Shown in pieces: positions 1-9,968 of a stretch of 64,000 bases of DNA. The notes beneath the pieces were generated by a model. The model did not search any database and was not told where the DNA came from. It was given only the letters and a program-made list of their open reading frames with translations. This DNA is from a virus (lineage: Duplodnaviria > Caudoviricetes), in the IMG/VR virus record IMGVR_UViG_3300032248_000400, positions 1 through 64,000 of that record; one strand, written 5' to 3'. The position numbers and the translations under genes were made by a program. Numbering within the stretch: the stretch's first letter is position 1; each line of letters opens with the position of its first letter.

Positions 1-363
1 GATGCTGGTATGGATTTGACAGCAATAAGTAAAGAGGAAGTCAATCCTTTACAAGTTAAATACGGAACAGGTTTAGCAGTTGAAATACCTGAAGGATATG
101 TGGGATTGATATTCCCTCGTTCTTCAATTATGAAAGCTGGATTATCTTTAAGTAATGCAGTTGGTGTAATTGATAGTGGTTATAGAGGCGAATTGATGGC
201 AATCTTTAATAAGAAAATGGCACCATATGCTAAAAACTACGAAGTAGGTGATAGGATTGCACAAATTATGATATTACCATATCCGCATATTACGTTTGAA
301 GAAGCTGATGAGTTATCAGATAGTTATAGAGGAACTGGAGGATTTGGTTCAACGGGATTATAA
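1..363 (+). CDS. dut: trimeric dUTPase, 5' end outside window
   Basis: Motifs AGMDL, GLIFPRSS, GVIDSGYRGE, GDRIAQ, RGTGGFGSTG; frame open from base 1. Confidence 0.97.
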   Translation, partial: DAGMDLTAISKEEVNPLQVKYGTGLAVEIPEGYVGLIFPRSSIMKAGLSLSNAVGVIDSGYRGELMAIFNKKMAPYAKNYEVGDRIAQIMILPYPHITFEEADELSDSYRGTGGFGSTGL

Positions 364-373
364 AATAAAACCT

Positions 374-553
374 ATGGCAAATCAACATTATAAAATAATA
401 AATACAACATCATTAGAATTGGATGGACGTGAGTATATGGTTCAAAATACAAATTTAAATTTAGAAGAATTTTTAAAAGAAAATTATGGAAAGGAATTAT
501 ATATTTATGCACCATCCATTACAACAGATGATATAAACGCAATAGTAAAATAA
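374..553 (+). CDS. small hypothetical protein
   Basis: ORF 296..553 trimmed to the ATG after the dut stop; fills the gap before the clamp loader. Confidence 0.6.
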   Translation: MANQHYKIINTTSLELDGREYMVQNTNLNLEEFLKENYGKELYIYAPSITTDDINAIVK

Positions 554-558
554 TTAAT

Positions 559-1506
559 ATGAGTTTCTTCGCAAACGAAAATAATAAAAAAGAACATTCC
601 CTTTGGGTGGAAAAATATAGACCATCAGAACTTTCAGAATATGTAGGTAACGAAACTATAAAAGAAACAATACAGCAGTATTTAGATGCAAATGATATTC
701 CACATTTACTATTTTATGGTAAAGCGGGTACAGGTAAAACCACACTTGCTAAACTAATCGTAAACACAATTAAATGTGACTTTATGATTATCAACGCATC
801 GGATGAAAACAATGTGGATACCGTTAGAACAAAAGTTAAGAACTTCGCATCATCAGTTGGATTTGCAGGTTTCAAAGTAATCATCTTAGATGAGTTTGAT
901 TATATGACACCGGGAGCACAAGCGATCCTTCGTAACTTAATGGAAACATTCAGTAAGCATTGCAGGTTTATCTTAACCTGTAATTACATTGAGAAAATTA
1001 TTGACCCTATCCAAAGTAGATGTCAATCTTTCGCAATTACACCTCCAACTAAAAAGGATGTAGCAGTTCAGGTAGCAAAGATATTAGATGCGGAAAAGAT
1101 TAAGTATGAACCAAAGAATATGGCTGATGTGATTAATTCATATTACCCAGATATTAGAAGAATACTTAATACTTGCCAACTTCAATCTGCAAAGGGTGAA
1201 TTGAAAGTAGACCATAGAGTAATGGTTGAAGCAAACTTTGCAACAAAGCTTATAGATTTACTGAAAGCAAATGATGATAAACGTAATATGTTTATGAATA
1301 TTAGGCAGGCAGTGGCAGATAATAAACTAAATGATTATTCAGAAATGTATACGATGCTATATGATAAAGTAGATGAGTATGCAAGTGGAAATACCGCAAA
1401 CGTTATACTTACTATTGCAGATGGATTATCCAAAGATGCATTAGTCGTAGATAAAGAAATCGTGTTTATGAGCACAATTATTCAAATTTTAAATATTATA
1501 AAATAA
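559..1506 (+). CDS. clamp loader AAA+ subunit (RFC small / T4 gp44-like)
   Basis: WVEKYRP, Walker A GKAGTGKTT, INASDE, Walker B ILDEFD, SRC motif. Confidence 0.95.
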   Translation: MSFFANENNKKEHSLWVEKYRPSELSEYVGNETIKETIQQYLDANDIPHLLFYGKAGTGKTTLAKLIVNTIKCDFMIINASDENNVDTVRTKVKNFASSVGFAGFKVIILDEFDYMTPGAQAILRNLMETFSKHCRFILTCNYIEKIIDPIQSRCQSFAITPPTKKDVAVQVAKILDAEKIKYEPKNMADVINSYYPDIRRILNTCQLQSAKGELKVDHRVMVEANFATKLIDLLKANDDKRNMFMNIRQAVADNKLNDYSEMYTMLYDKVDEYASGNTANVILTIADGLSKDALVVDKEIVFMSTIIQILNIIK

Positions 1507-1751
1507 TGGAACAACAATCACAAGGTGGGTTACCACCAAACTTCAATTTAAATGATGCAAGAGATATGACTTGCGAATGTGGTAGCAAACAATTTATGCC
1601 AGCATACCGATTTAAAAAAATATCACGTTTATTAACCGGTGCAGATAGAGATACGGTATTGCCAATCGAATTGTATTTATGTACGGGATGTGGTAAATCA
1701 TTACAAGAACTATTACCAGAAGAATTAAGAGAACAAAAAATCATTGAATAA
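1506..1751 (+). CDS. small Zn-ribbon protein
   Basis: CxC (CECG) and CxxC (CTGC); TAATG overlap with neighbours. Confidence 0.7.
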   Translation: MEQQSQGGLPPNFNLNDARDMTCECGSKQFMPAYRFKKISRLLTGADRDTVLPIELYLCTGCGKSLQELLPEELREQKIIE

Positions 1752-2203
1752 TGGCAGCTAAGAAGTTATTTGACCATATCAAAGCAATCACGGATGAACA
1801 GGATCCAAAATACTTCGATAAACTAACCGAAGAAGATTTAAAATCATGGAGTAATTTTATGATTAATCGTTTTCTTTCTATGAAACCTGAATGGGTAGAA
1901 CTAATTGCAACTTTACTTCCTTTGACGCAAACTCTGCAACCAAAGGAAATGTATAAGTTGTATATTAGTGTTATTCCAAAAGGAAAGCATTATCTAAAGT
2001 ATATAAAAGGTAAAGCTGATGAAAAGTACGAAGAATTTATAATCGAATTAATTAAAAAAGAATACGATTGTTCAGAAACTCAAGCAATAGATTATTTGGA
2101 AATACTATACTCAAATCGCGAGGGTAGAGAAGCTATAAAATTCATAGCTGAAAAATATGGTACTGTAAAAAAAGATATAACAAAATTAAAACTTAAGATA
2201 TAA
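1751..2203 (+). CDS. clamp loader small subunit (T4 gp62-like)
   Basis: Size, position next to gp44-like gene, WSNFMINRFLS segment. Confidence 0.65.
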   Translation: MAAKKLFDHIKAITDEQDPKYFDKLTEEDLKSWSNFMINRFLSMKPEWVELIATLLPLTQTLQPKEMYKLYISVIPKGKHYLKYIKGKADEKYEEFIIELIKKEYDCSETQAIDYLEILYSNREGREAIKFIAEKYGTVKKDITKLKLKI

Positions 2204-2235
2204 TTTGGTAAATTCAAATTATTTAGTTATATTAC
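2204..2235 (+). promoter_or_regulatory. Bacteroidota-type sigma70 promoter
   Basis: TTTG 2204, N20, TATATTAC 2228. Confidence 0.65.
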
Positions 2236-2239
2236 ATCT

Positions 2240-3115
2240 ATGGCAAGAGTATCATTTTCACAATACAGCATGTGGCATAGTTGTCCACAACAATACAAAT
2301 TAAGTTACATAGAGGGATTATCAGAATCCTCTTCAAATATACATAGTGTATTTGGCACCGCAATGCATGAAACAATTCAAAACTATTTAGAAAAATGTTT
2401 GAGAATATCAAAATCACAAGCTGATAAGATAATTGATTTAAAAGAATATCTCAAAGAAAGAATGAGAGAAACATATCTTAAAGAAGCAGGTGGTGAAATT
2501 AATTCATCAATTTGTACTAAAGATGAAATGGTTGAATTCTTAGAAGATGGGAATGTTTTATTAGATTGGTTTCAAAAATCAAAAAACTTTAATAAATTCT
2601 TTTCATTAAAAGATGATGAACTCATAGCAATTGAACAACCCATAAATACAAAGATTGCAAACAATGTAAACTTTATGGGATTTATAGATTTGATTACAAG
2701 AAGTAAATTCAGTAACAAATATCGTATCATAGATTTTAAAACTTCAACTAAGGGTTGGAGTAAGTATCAAAAATCAGATGCAGTTAAAAATGCACAAATC
2801 CTTTTATATAAAAAGTTTTACGCAGAACTTCTGAATATATCGGAAGATATGATAGATGTTGAGTTTATCATATTAAAAAGAAAGGTTGAGGTTAGAGAAG
2901 ATATACCAACACATAGGATGAGTAAACACATACCTGCAAATGGAAAACCATCAATCACTAAGGCCTGGAATGGATTTAAGGAGTTTGTAGACACTGTCTT
3001 TGATGAAGATGGTAAGTATAGGCTCAATATAGATTATCCCAAAAAAGCAACTAAACTATGCGAATGGTGTGAATTTTTTCATAGAGGACTATGTGATAGA
3101 GGTCTTAAAAATTAA
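2240..3115 (+). CDS. PD-(D/E)XK nuclease, RecB/Cas4-like with Fe-S cysteines
   Basis: SFSQ..W.SCP, FGTAMH, E...GFIDL...IIDFKT, C-terminal CEWCEF...C. Confidence 0.88.
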   Translation: MARVSFSQYSMWHSCPQQYKLSYIEGLSESSSNIHSVFGTAMHETIQNYLEKCLRISKSQADKIIDLKEYLKERMRETYLKEAGGEINSSICTKDEMVEFLEDGNVLLDWFQKSKNFNKFFSLKDDELIAIEQPINTKIANNVNFMGFIDLITRSKFSNKYRIIDFKTSTKGWSKYQKSDAVKNAQILLYKKFYAELLNISEDMIDVEFIILKRKVEVREDIPTHRMSKHIPANGKPSITKAWNGFKEFVDTVFDEDGKYRLNIDYPKKATKLCEWCEFFHRGLCDRGLKN

Positions 3116-3140
3116 AAACAAAATATATATTTAAAAAGTT

Positions 3141-4523
3141 ATGGCAAAAAAGAAAATTCTGTTACTTTCAGATGATTTAAGAATGGCGAGTGGTATCGCT
3201 AATGTATCAAAGCAATTAGTATTAGGAACTGTAGACAAGTACGATTGGGTACAATTAGGAGCGGCAATTAGCCATCCAGATGCAGGTAAGGTATTTGATT
3301 TAAACGAGAGTGTTAGAGAACAAACCGGTGTAAAAGATGCAAGTGTTAAAATATATCCATTTGATGGATATGGTAATCCGGATACAATTAGACAGCTATT
3401 AATGATAGAAAAGCCTGATGCTATCCTACATTTTACAGACCCAAGATATTGGATTTGGTTGTATGAAATTGAGCATGAGATTCGTCAATCTGTTCCATTA
3501 ATGTTTTATCATATTTGGGATGATTTGCCGGATCCAAAATATAATAGAGATTACTACGAAAGTTGTGATTGGATTGGATGTATTTCAAAACAAACATATG
3601 GTATTACCCGTAGAGTTTGGGGATGGGATAAAGAGAAGCATTGGGTTAAACCTGCTGATTGGCAAGTAAGTTATGTTCCACATGGTATTAATTCTGAATT
3701 ATATAAACCAGTTGATGTTCCAACCGAATTTAAACAAAGTATATTTGGTGATAAAGAATATGAATTCGTTTTATATTGGTCAAATAGAAATATTAGAAGA
3801 AAACAACCGATAGATGTCATATTAGCATTTGATAAATTTGTAGAAGCATTACCTGCGGATAAAAGAGATAAAGTATGTTTATTAATGCATACAGAACCTG
3901 TACAAGAACATGGAACAGATTTACCAAGAACAATAGCAGAATGTTGTTCACCTGAAACAAATGTGATATTTGCACCAAATCGCTATAGTGAAGTTGAACT
4001 TAATTATCTATATAATATAGCAGATGTAACAATTAACGTAGCATCTAATGAAGGATTTGGATTAGCAACTGCAGAAAGTTTAATGGCTGGAACTCCAATC
4101 ATTGTAAATGTTACAGGTGGATTACAAGACCAATGTGGATTTAGAGATAAAGGTACAGGTAAATTATTGAACGCAGAAGATTATGTTGAAATTGGTTCTT
4201 TACATGATAGAAATAAAAAAGCAGGTGTAGTTTGGGGAGATTGGGTTAAACCAATTTGGCCAGTTCGTTCATCAACAGGTTCAGTTCCTACTCCATATAT
4301 CTTTGATGATAGAGTTGATTTTGAAGATATTACTCCATTGATTATGGATTGGTATAAAACACCAAAAGAAGATAGAAAAGCAGCAGCATTGAAGGGTATT
4401 AAATGGATGAAAGGAGATGGCTTATTAAGTAGAGAAGCAATGTGTGATGCATTATCAGATGGCATAGAAGGAGTATTTAAAAATTGGAAACCACGTAAAA
4501 AATATCAGTTATATAGTATATGA
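3141..4523 (+). CDS. GT-B glycosyltransferase (GT4-like)
   Basis: VPHG, NRNIRRK, EGFGLATAESLMAGTPII. Confidence 0.9.
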   Translation: MAKKKILLLSDDLRMASGIANVSKQLVLGTVDKYDWVQLGAAISHPDAGKVFDLNESVREQTGVKDASVKIYPFDGYGNPDTIRQLLMIEKPDAILHFTDPRYWIWLYEIEHEIRQSVPLMFYHIWDDLPDPKYNRDYYESCDWIGCISKQTYGITRRVWGWDKEKHWVKPADWQVSYVPHGINSELYKPVDVPTEFKQSIFGDKEYEFVLYWSNRNIRRKQPIDVILAFDKFVEALPADKRDKVCLLMHTEPVQEHGTDLPRTIAECCSPETNVIFAPNRYSEVELNYLYNIADVTINVASNEGFGLATAESLMAGTPIIVNVTGGLQDQCGFRDKGTGKLLNAEDYVEIGSLHDRNKKAGVVWGDWVKPIWPVRSSTGSVPTPYIFDDRVDFEDITPLIMDWYKTPKEDRKAAALKGIKWMKGDGLLSREAMCDALSDGIEGVFKNWKPRKKYQLYSI

Positions 4524-5788
4524 AACCAACATTAATTTTTCAAGCACCAGTTTCGACTAGGAGCGGTTACGGAGATCACGCGAGAGATTTATTAAATTCT
4601 CTTTATAAATTAGATAAATTTGAAATCAAAATCATCAGTACTCGTTGGGGACAAACTCCAATGGATGCACTTAGTTATGATAATCTATTTCACAAATGGA
4701 TTGTAGATAATATGGTTCAAAAAATCACAGAAAAGCCAGATATTTATATACAGGTTACAGTTCCAAATGAATTTCAACCAGTAGGACATTATAACATTGG
4801 AATTACTGCGGCTATTGAAACAACACATTGTGCAATAGATTGGGTACATGGCTGTAATAGAATGGATTTGATTATAGTACCATCTGAACATTCTAAAAGA
4901 AGTTTAGTTGATACAATATATAACGAAGCAGATAGCCAAACTGGTCAACTAATTACACAACACAAAATTCAAAAACCAGTTGAAATTCTTTTTGAAGGAT
5001 TTGATGAAAATGATTTTGGAACAAATAAGATTATACCGATAAATGAATTGGATGCAATTAAAGAAGATTTCGCATTTTTATTTGTAGGGCATTGGTTAAG
5101 AGGTAATTTAGGTGAAGATAGAAAGAATGTGGGAATGATGATTAAATCATTTGCAATGGCATTCAAAAATGAAAAGAAAAAGCCAGCATTAGTTCTAAAA
5201 ACATCATCAGCTGGATTTAGTGTAATGGATAGGGAAAGTTGTATTAAACAAATTAGAGAAGTATTAGGTAAAGATTATAAAAATGTACCTGTTTATTTAT
5301 TGCATGGAGATTTAACTTCTGCAGAAATGAATGGATTATATGAACATCCAAAGGTAAAAGCAATGTTAAACTTCACAAAGGGTGAAGGATTTGGTAGACC
5401 CCTATTGGAATTCAGTTTGACAGGTAAGCCTGTTATAGTGAGTGGTTGGAGTGGGCATTTGGATTTCTTAAAAGAAGGCGCAGTTTTACTGGAAGGCGAA
5501 TTGAAAGAAGTACATGAATCAGCTGCAGACCAATTCTTATTAAAAGAAGCAAAATGGTTTAATGTAAACATATCAAAAGCACTAGCAGTTATTAAAGATG
5601 TTTATAAAAATTACGATAAATATAAAACCAAATCAGCTCAATTAGGTAAGCAAAATAAACAAAATTTTAGTTTGGAAAAAATGACTAAATTGTTTGATGT
5701 TATTTTAAACCAATATGGTATTTATACTAAAATAAAGCCAAAGTTTCAACAATTACAATTACCAAAATTGAAAATGTTAAATAAATAA
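4520..5788 (+). CDS. GT-B glycosyltransferase (GT4-like)
   Basis: SGYG, VPSEHSK, EGFGRPLLE...GKPVIVSGWSGH. Confidence 0.9.
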   Translation: MKPTLIFQAPVSTRSGYGDHARDLLNSLYKLDKFEIKIISTRWGQTPMDALSYDNLFHKWIVDNMVQKITEKPDIYIQVTVPNEFQPVGHYNIGITAAIETTHCAIDWVHGCNRMDLIIVPSEHSKRSLVDTIYNEADSQTGQLITQHKIQKPVEILFEGFDENDFGTNKIIPINELDAIKEDFAFLFVGHWLRGNLGEDRKNVGMMIKSFAMAFKNEKKKPALVLKTSSAGFSVMDRESCIKQIREVLGKDYKNVPVYLLHGDLTSAEMNGLYEHPKVKAMLNFTKGEGFGRPLLEFSLTGKPVIVSGWSGHLDFLKEGAVLLEGELKEVHESAADQFLLKEAKWFNVNISKALAVIKDVYKNYDKYKTKSAQLGKQNKQNFSLEKMTKLFDVILNQYGIYTKIKPKFQQLQLPKLKMLNK

Positions 5789-6261
5789 TGGGAAATTATA
5801 ATCCAATATATAAAAAATCAATAGATAGTAAAAACCCCGTTTCACCTGCTAAGATGACACGGGGTAACTTTTATCTATTAAAAGAATATACATACGCCGA
5901 TGGTACTAAGGAAAGCTATAATGAAACAACGGCACCTATTATATTTACTTTATTCACATCTGTTTCAAAAGATATAATACACTGTGTTAAAGTTTCCAAC
6001 ATTAACCCAGTTACAATAAAAAAATTCTTTGGTAAATTTATAAACGAAGATACGGAGATGCTCCAATTGAAAGGTGGATCTAAAAATATCTATTCAAAGA
6101 TTGTTAGTAAAGTTCCTATAATAACAAAAGATGCATATAGGACTTATAATATTAGTGGATTAAAAAAAGTTTTTAAATTAGATATGGATGTTAATGAATT
6201 AACACCAAAAAATAAAAATGCGATAGGAATAGATACACAATCACAAAAAAGAAATCAATAG
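5788..6261 (+). CDS. hypothetical phage protein
   Basis: 157 aa ORF coupled to upstream stop; GTATTTATA at 5718; faint resemblance to T4 gp2 only. Confidence 0.65.
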   Translation: MGNYNPIYKKSIDSKNPVSPAKMTRGNFYLLKEYTYADGTKESYNETTAPIIFTLFTSVSKDIIHCVKVSNINPVTIKKFFGKFINEDTEMLQLKGGSKNIYSKIVSKVPIITKDAYRTYNISGLKKVFKLDMDVNELTPKNKNAIGIDTQSQKRNQ

Positions 6262-6263
6262 TT

Positions 6264-6509
6264 ATGACCTCAAAAGAATTTGTTATTTGGCTAAAGGGAT
6301 TTGCAGATGGAGTGCACGAATTTAATGTTACACCAAAACAGTGGGATTATTTAAAAGATAAATTAGTAGAAGTAAATGATGCACCCATAGTATCAAGTAC
6401 ATCTTTAATTGTAGATTACGGTAAATATAATCCATCACATACATCATACTCAGCAATACAAAGTGGTAGTTGGCACTATACAAATCAAATTGAAGAAAAA
6501 ATATTTTAA
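6264..6509 (+). CDS. hypothetical protein
   Basis: 81 aa ORF in operon; FVIWLKGF start typical of small phage proteins. Confidence 0.65.
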   Translation: MTSKEFVIWLKGFADGVHEFNVTPKQWDYLKDKLVEVNDAPIVSSTSLIVDYGKYNPSHTSYSAIQSGSWHYTNQIEEKIF

Positions 6510-7132
6510 TGAAACTAAGTTACGCAATAACTGCCTGTAATGAGGTAGAAGAAACAATTAGATTAGTAAATCAATTACTAAACTATAAAGGGGAAAACTC
6601 AGAAATAGTAGTTCTTTTAGATACACCAAAAGCACCTGTTGAATTATTAGAATATTTAGAATTACAAGCAAATGCAGACTATATAAATTTAATAGAATCT
6701 GAATTTGATAATGATTTTGCGCAATGGAAAAATCTATTGAATTCACAATGTAAAGGTGAATGGATAATGCAATGTGATGCGGATGAATTCTTTGATGCAA
6801 ATTTAATTGTTAATTTAGAAGATATATTAGATAATAATAAAGACAAAGATTTGATACTAGTTCCACGTATAAATACCGTAGAAGGTTTAACTCAATCACA
6901 TATTCAAAAGTGGGGATGGAATGTAAATGAAAAGGGATGGGTAAACTTTCCTGATTTTCAAACCAGAATATATAAAAATTCAGAAAAAATTGGTTGGGTA
7001 AATAAAGTGCATGAGAGAATTGTTGGATTTGAAAGTTATACATCATTCCCAGCCGATGAAGTATATTGTATAAAGCACCCTAAAACCATTGAACGACAAG
7101 AGAAGCAAAACAGTTACTACGATACACTATGA
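6509..7132 (+). CDS. GT2-family glycosyltransferase
   Basis: LSYAITACNE, DFAQWKN, WIMQCDADE, PD.Q.RI. Confidence 0.88.
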   Translation: MKLSYAITACNEVEETIRLVNQLLNYKGENSEIVVLLDTPKAPVELLEYLELQANADYINLIESEFDNDFAQWKNLLNSQCKGEWIMQCDADEFFDANLIVNLEDILDNNKDKDLILVPRINTVEGLTQSHIQKWGWNVNEKGWVNFPDFQTRIYKNSEKIGWVNKVHERIVGFESYTSFPADEVYCIKHPKTIERQEKQNSYYDTL

Positions 7133-8022
7133 AAATAACTTTTATATACGCATACGAAGAAGGTGAGATTTGGTCAACACCAATGGCACTAATTAATGAG
7201 TTTCAATTACGCGGATGGAAAACAGAAATAATATCAATTGGAAGTAATAGAACCGGCCATTACCACGATTTAAAACTACAAAGGTGGGTTGAATTGAAAC
7301 CGGATTCCGATATTGTTATGTTTATGGATTGGGGTAGATTTGATTCACCATATTTAGATAAGAAATTAGTTCCAAACGCATTTTGGATACAAGAGAGTGG
7401 AGATGACCCGCAAAATTGGGAAAGAAACTCACCAAAAGCAAATAAATTTCACTACACAATTACACCTGATTACGATTCATATTTGAAATACAAAGAGATT
7501 GGAATAAATGTAGAATGGATTACTCATTTTGCAGATACAAGAATCCAATATCCAATGAATTTACAACCAGAATATGTAGCAGTAACTACAAGAGGATTTG
7601 GTAATTCCAATTTTTTAGATTATCTTACAACTTGGGGTGAAGGAGCAATTGGTAATAAAAATGGTATGAATGGAATTGAACATACGCAATTTTTAAATAA
7701 AGGATTGATGGTTATTCAAAACAGTAGATGGGGTGAAATTACCCGTAGAATATTTGAAGCAATGGCTTGTGGAAAATTGGTACTAACAGATAGATTAAAT
7801 TCATCAAAAAAATTAGATGAGATTTTAATAGAAGGTGAAGATATTATTTACTATAATGATATGTTTGACTGTATTGAAAAGATGAATTATTACAATGAAC
7901 ATGAAGAAGAAAGAGAAAGAATTGCACATAACGGAATGAAAAAGGTATTAGAAAATTATACACAAATACAGGTAGTAGATAAATTAATAAAAAAATATGA
8001 AAAGAACAGACATCATAAATAA
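7129..8022 (+). CDS. GT-B glycosyltransferase, CgeB-like C-terminus
   Basis: RRIFEAMACGKLVLTD, ERERIAHNG..KV. Confidence 0.8.
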   Translation: MKITFIYAYEEGEIWSTPMALINEFQLRGWKTEIISIGSNRTGHYHDLKLQRWVELKPDSDIVMFMDWGRFDSPYLDKKLVPNAFWIQESGDDPQNWERNSPKANKFHYTITPDYDSYLKYKEIGINVEWITHFADTRIQYPMNLQPEYVAVTTRGFGNSNFLDYLTTWGEGAIGNKNGMNGIEHTQFLNKGLMVIQNSRWGEITRRIFEAMACGKLVLTDRLNSSKKLDEILIEGEDIIYYNDMFDCIEKMNYYNEHEEERERIAHNGMKKVLENYTQIQVVDKLIKKYEKNRHHK

Positions 8023-8605
8023 TTTTATACAAAAATTAGGTTATGAAAATTACCTAGAAATAGGTACACAAAATCCAAATGGAAATTTTAATCACATAAA
8101 TGTAAAAAACAAAGTTTCGGTTGAACCATTTCCAGTACCAGGTTTAACTGTAAATGATTATTCCTTTGTAGGTACTTCAAATGAATATTTTGAATCAATC
8201 ACAGACGATGTTAAATTTGATATTGTTTTTATAGATGGTTTGCATCAATATGACCAAGTATTAATTGATATTCAAAATTCATTAAACCATTTATCGGATA
8301 ACGGAACAATTGTATGTCATGATTGTTTACCATATACTGAAAAAATGCAAGAAAGAGAAGACCCAGGTGGAGAATGGACAGGTGATACTTGGAAAGCAAT
8401 TGCTCAATTAAGAGTAGAATGTATTGATTTGGATATTAAAGTAGTAGATACTGACTATGGATGTGGTATTATTAGAAGAGGAACAAATATACCATATGTT
8501 ACAAATGAAAATTATAAAACATATTCCTATTATTTAAATAGAAAAAATGAATTATTAAACGTCATATCAACCGAAACACTCATAGCATGGATAAATTCTC
8601 TATAA
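7997..8605 (+). CDS. class I SAM methyltransferase (Methyltransf_24-like)
   Basis: YLEIG, FDIVFIDGLH, GTIVCHDCLP. Confidence 0.88.
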   Translation: MKRTDIINNFIQKLGYENYLEIGTQNPNGNFNHINVKNKVSVEPFPVPGLTVNDYSFVGTSNEYFESITDDVKFDIVFIDGLHQYDQVLIDIQNSLNHLSDNGTIVCHDCLPYTEKMQEREDPGGEWTGDTWKAIAQLRVECIDLDIKVVDTDYGCGIIRRGTNIPYVTNENYKTYSYYLNRKNELLNVISTETLIAWINSL

Positions 8606-9228
8606 TAATACCAACGATTTGGAAGGGTGAAACTATTAACGAATTATTACAAAAATGTTATGATTCGGATTTAATTGGAGAAGTTATATTGATTAACAAT
8701 TCAAAAGAAAATACAAAAGATTTCCCTAAAAATGATAAATTAGTTTATATTGAACCAGAAGAAAATATATTTGTAAATCCATCTTGGAATTTAGGAGTTA
8801 GAATGGCAAAGAATGAAAATATTGTAATATCAAATGATGATGTTTTGTTTGATGTAAATTATTTTTTAAAATATTTGCAAGAAATAGATAATATAATAAA
8901 TGGTGTTGGTTTTGTTGGTATGGCATCTGACAATTATACATTGGAAAACAATTTAGAAACTCCATATATGAATTCATATGGTGTAAATAAAAATACAGGA
9001 GGTTGGGCATGTTTATTTGCATTTAAGAAAAACAATTGGAAAGATATTCCTGAAACTATAAAAATATATTATGGTGATAATTTTATACACATGATAGGAC
9101 TTCCAATTTATGAATTTACAGGATTATCCGTTAAAACTAAAATGAGTTCTTCCGCCGATACATCGGTTGGTTGGGTTAAAGAAGTTACGGATAATGATTT
9201 AAAAGAATGGTTAAAAATAATAAAATGA
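8587..9228 (+). CDS. GT2-family glycosyltransferase
   Basis: FSIIIPT, NPSWNLG, ISNDD, YGDN. Confidence 0.8.
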   Translation: MDKFSIIIPTIWKGETINELLQKCYDSDLIGEVILINNSKENTKDFPKNDKLVYIEPEENIFVNPSWNLGVRMAKNENIVISNDDVLFDVNYFLKYLQEIDNIINGVGFVGMASDNYTLENNLETPYMNSYGVNKNTGGWACLFAFKKNNWKDIPETIKIYYGDNFIHMIGLPIYEFTGLSVKTKMSSSADTSVGWVKEVTDNDLKEWLKIIK

Positions 9229-9968
9229 AAAAACTTCCAATCAGTATAGGAATACTTTCCTGGCATAGTGGACAAGTATTAGTAGATACTTTAACCACAT
9301 ATTACGAAAATGGTTTATTTGATATGGTAAACGATGTTACTATTTTATTTCAGGAAGTAACTCCACAAGATTATGAAATCGCAAGACATTTTGGATTGGA
9401 TTTTATAGGTTTACAAAAAAACATTGGTATAGGTCAAGCATTTATTAGATTAACCGAAAATGCACAAACTGATAAAGTATTAGTATTGGAGCATGATTGG
9501 AATTTAATTGAAAATAGAGAAACTACCTATGAAAGATTGAATGATGGTATTAAAATATTGGGAAAATATGGTATGCATGCAGTTAGATATAGACATAGAC
9601 AGCAACCAGGTTATCCACACTTTTCATTTAGAAACAAAGGAAATGAGTTGAACTATTATGATGAAGAAATTCAATGTACATCACCGCACTTATTAGATTC
9701 ATTACATTGGTTAGACCCTTCTGTTGAATTTCCAGATAAGATACAATATTATGGTACTCACTTTCATACAACATCAAGATGGGGGAATTGGACTAATAAT
9801 CCAACTATGTACGATAAAGATTTTTATTTACAAACCGTTAGACAATTTGCCGGGGATGGAATAGCATTGGAAGGTAATATATCCAAATGGTGGGCACAGC
9901 AAGAATTTGGAGTTGCACATGGTGAAGGATTGTTTAAACATAACGATTATGTAAAATACGGAAAATGA
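9225..9968 (+). CDS. GT-A-like protein
   Basis: ISIGILSW, NIGIG, LVLEHDW; start trimmed to ATG 9225. Confidence 0.6.
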   Translation: MKKLPISIGILSWHSGQVLVDTLTTYYENGLFDMVNDVTILFQEVTPQDYEIARHFGLDFIGLQKNIGIGQAFIRLTENAQTDKVLVLEHDWNLIENRETTYERLNDGIKILGKYGMHAVRYRHRQQPGYPHFSFRNKGNELNYYDEEIQCTSPHLLDSLHWLDPSVEFPDKIQYYGTHFHTTSRWGNWTNNPTMYDKDFYLQTVRQFAGDGIALEGNISKWWAQQEFGVAHGEGLFKHNDYVKYGK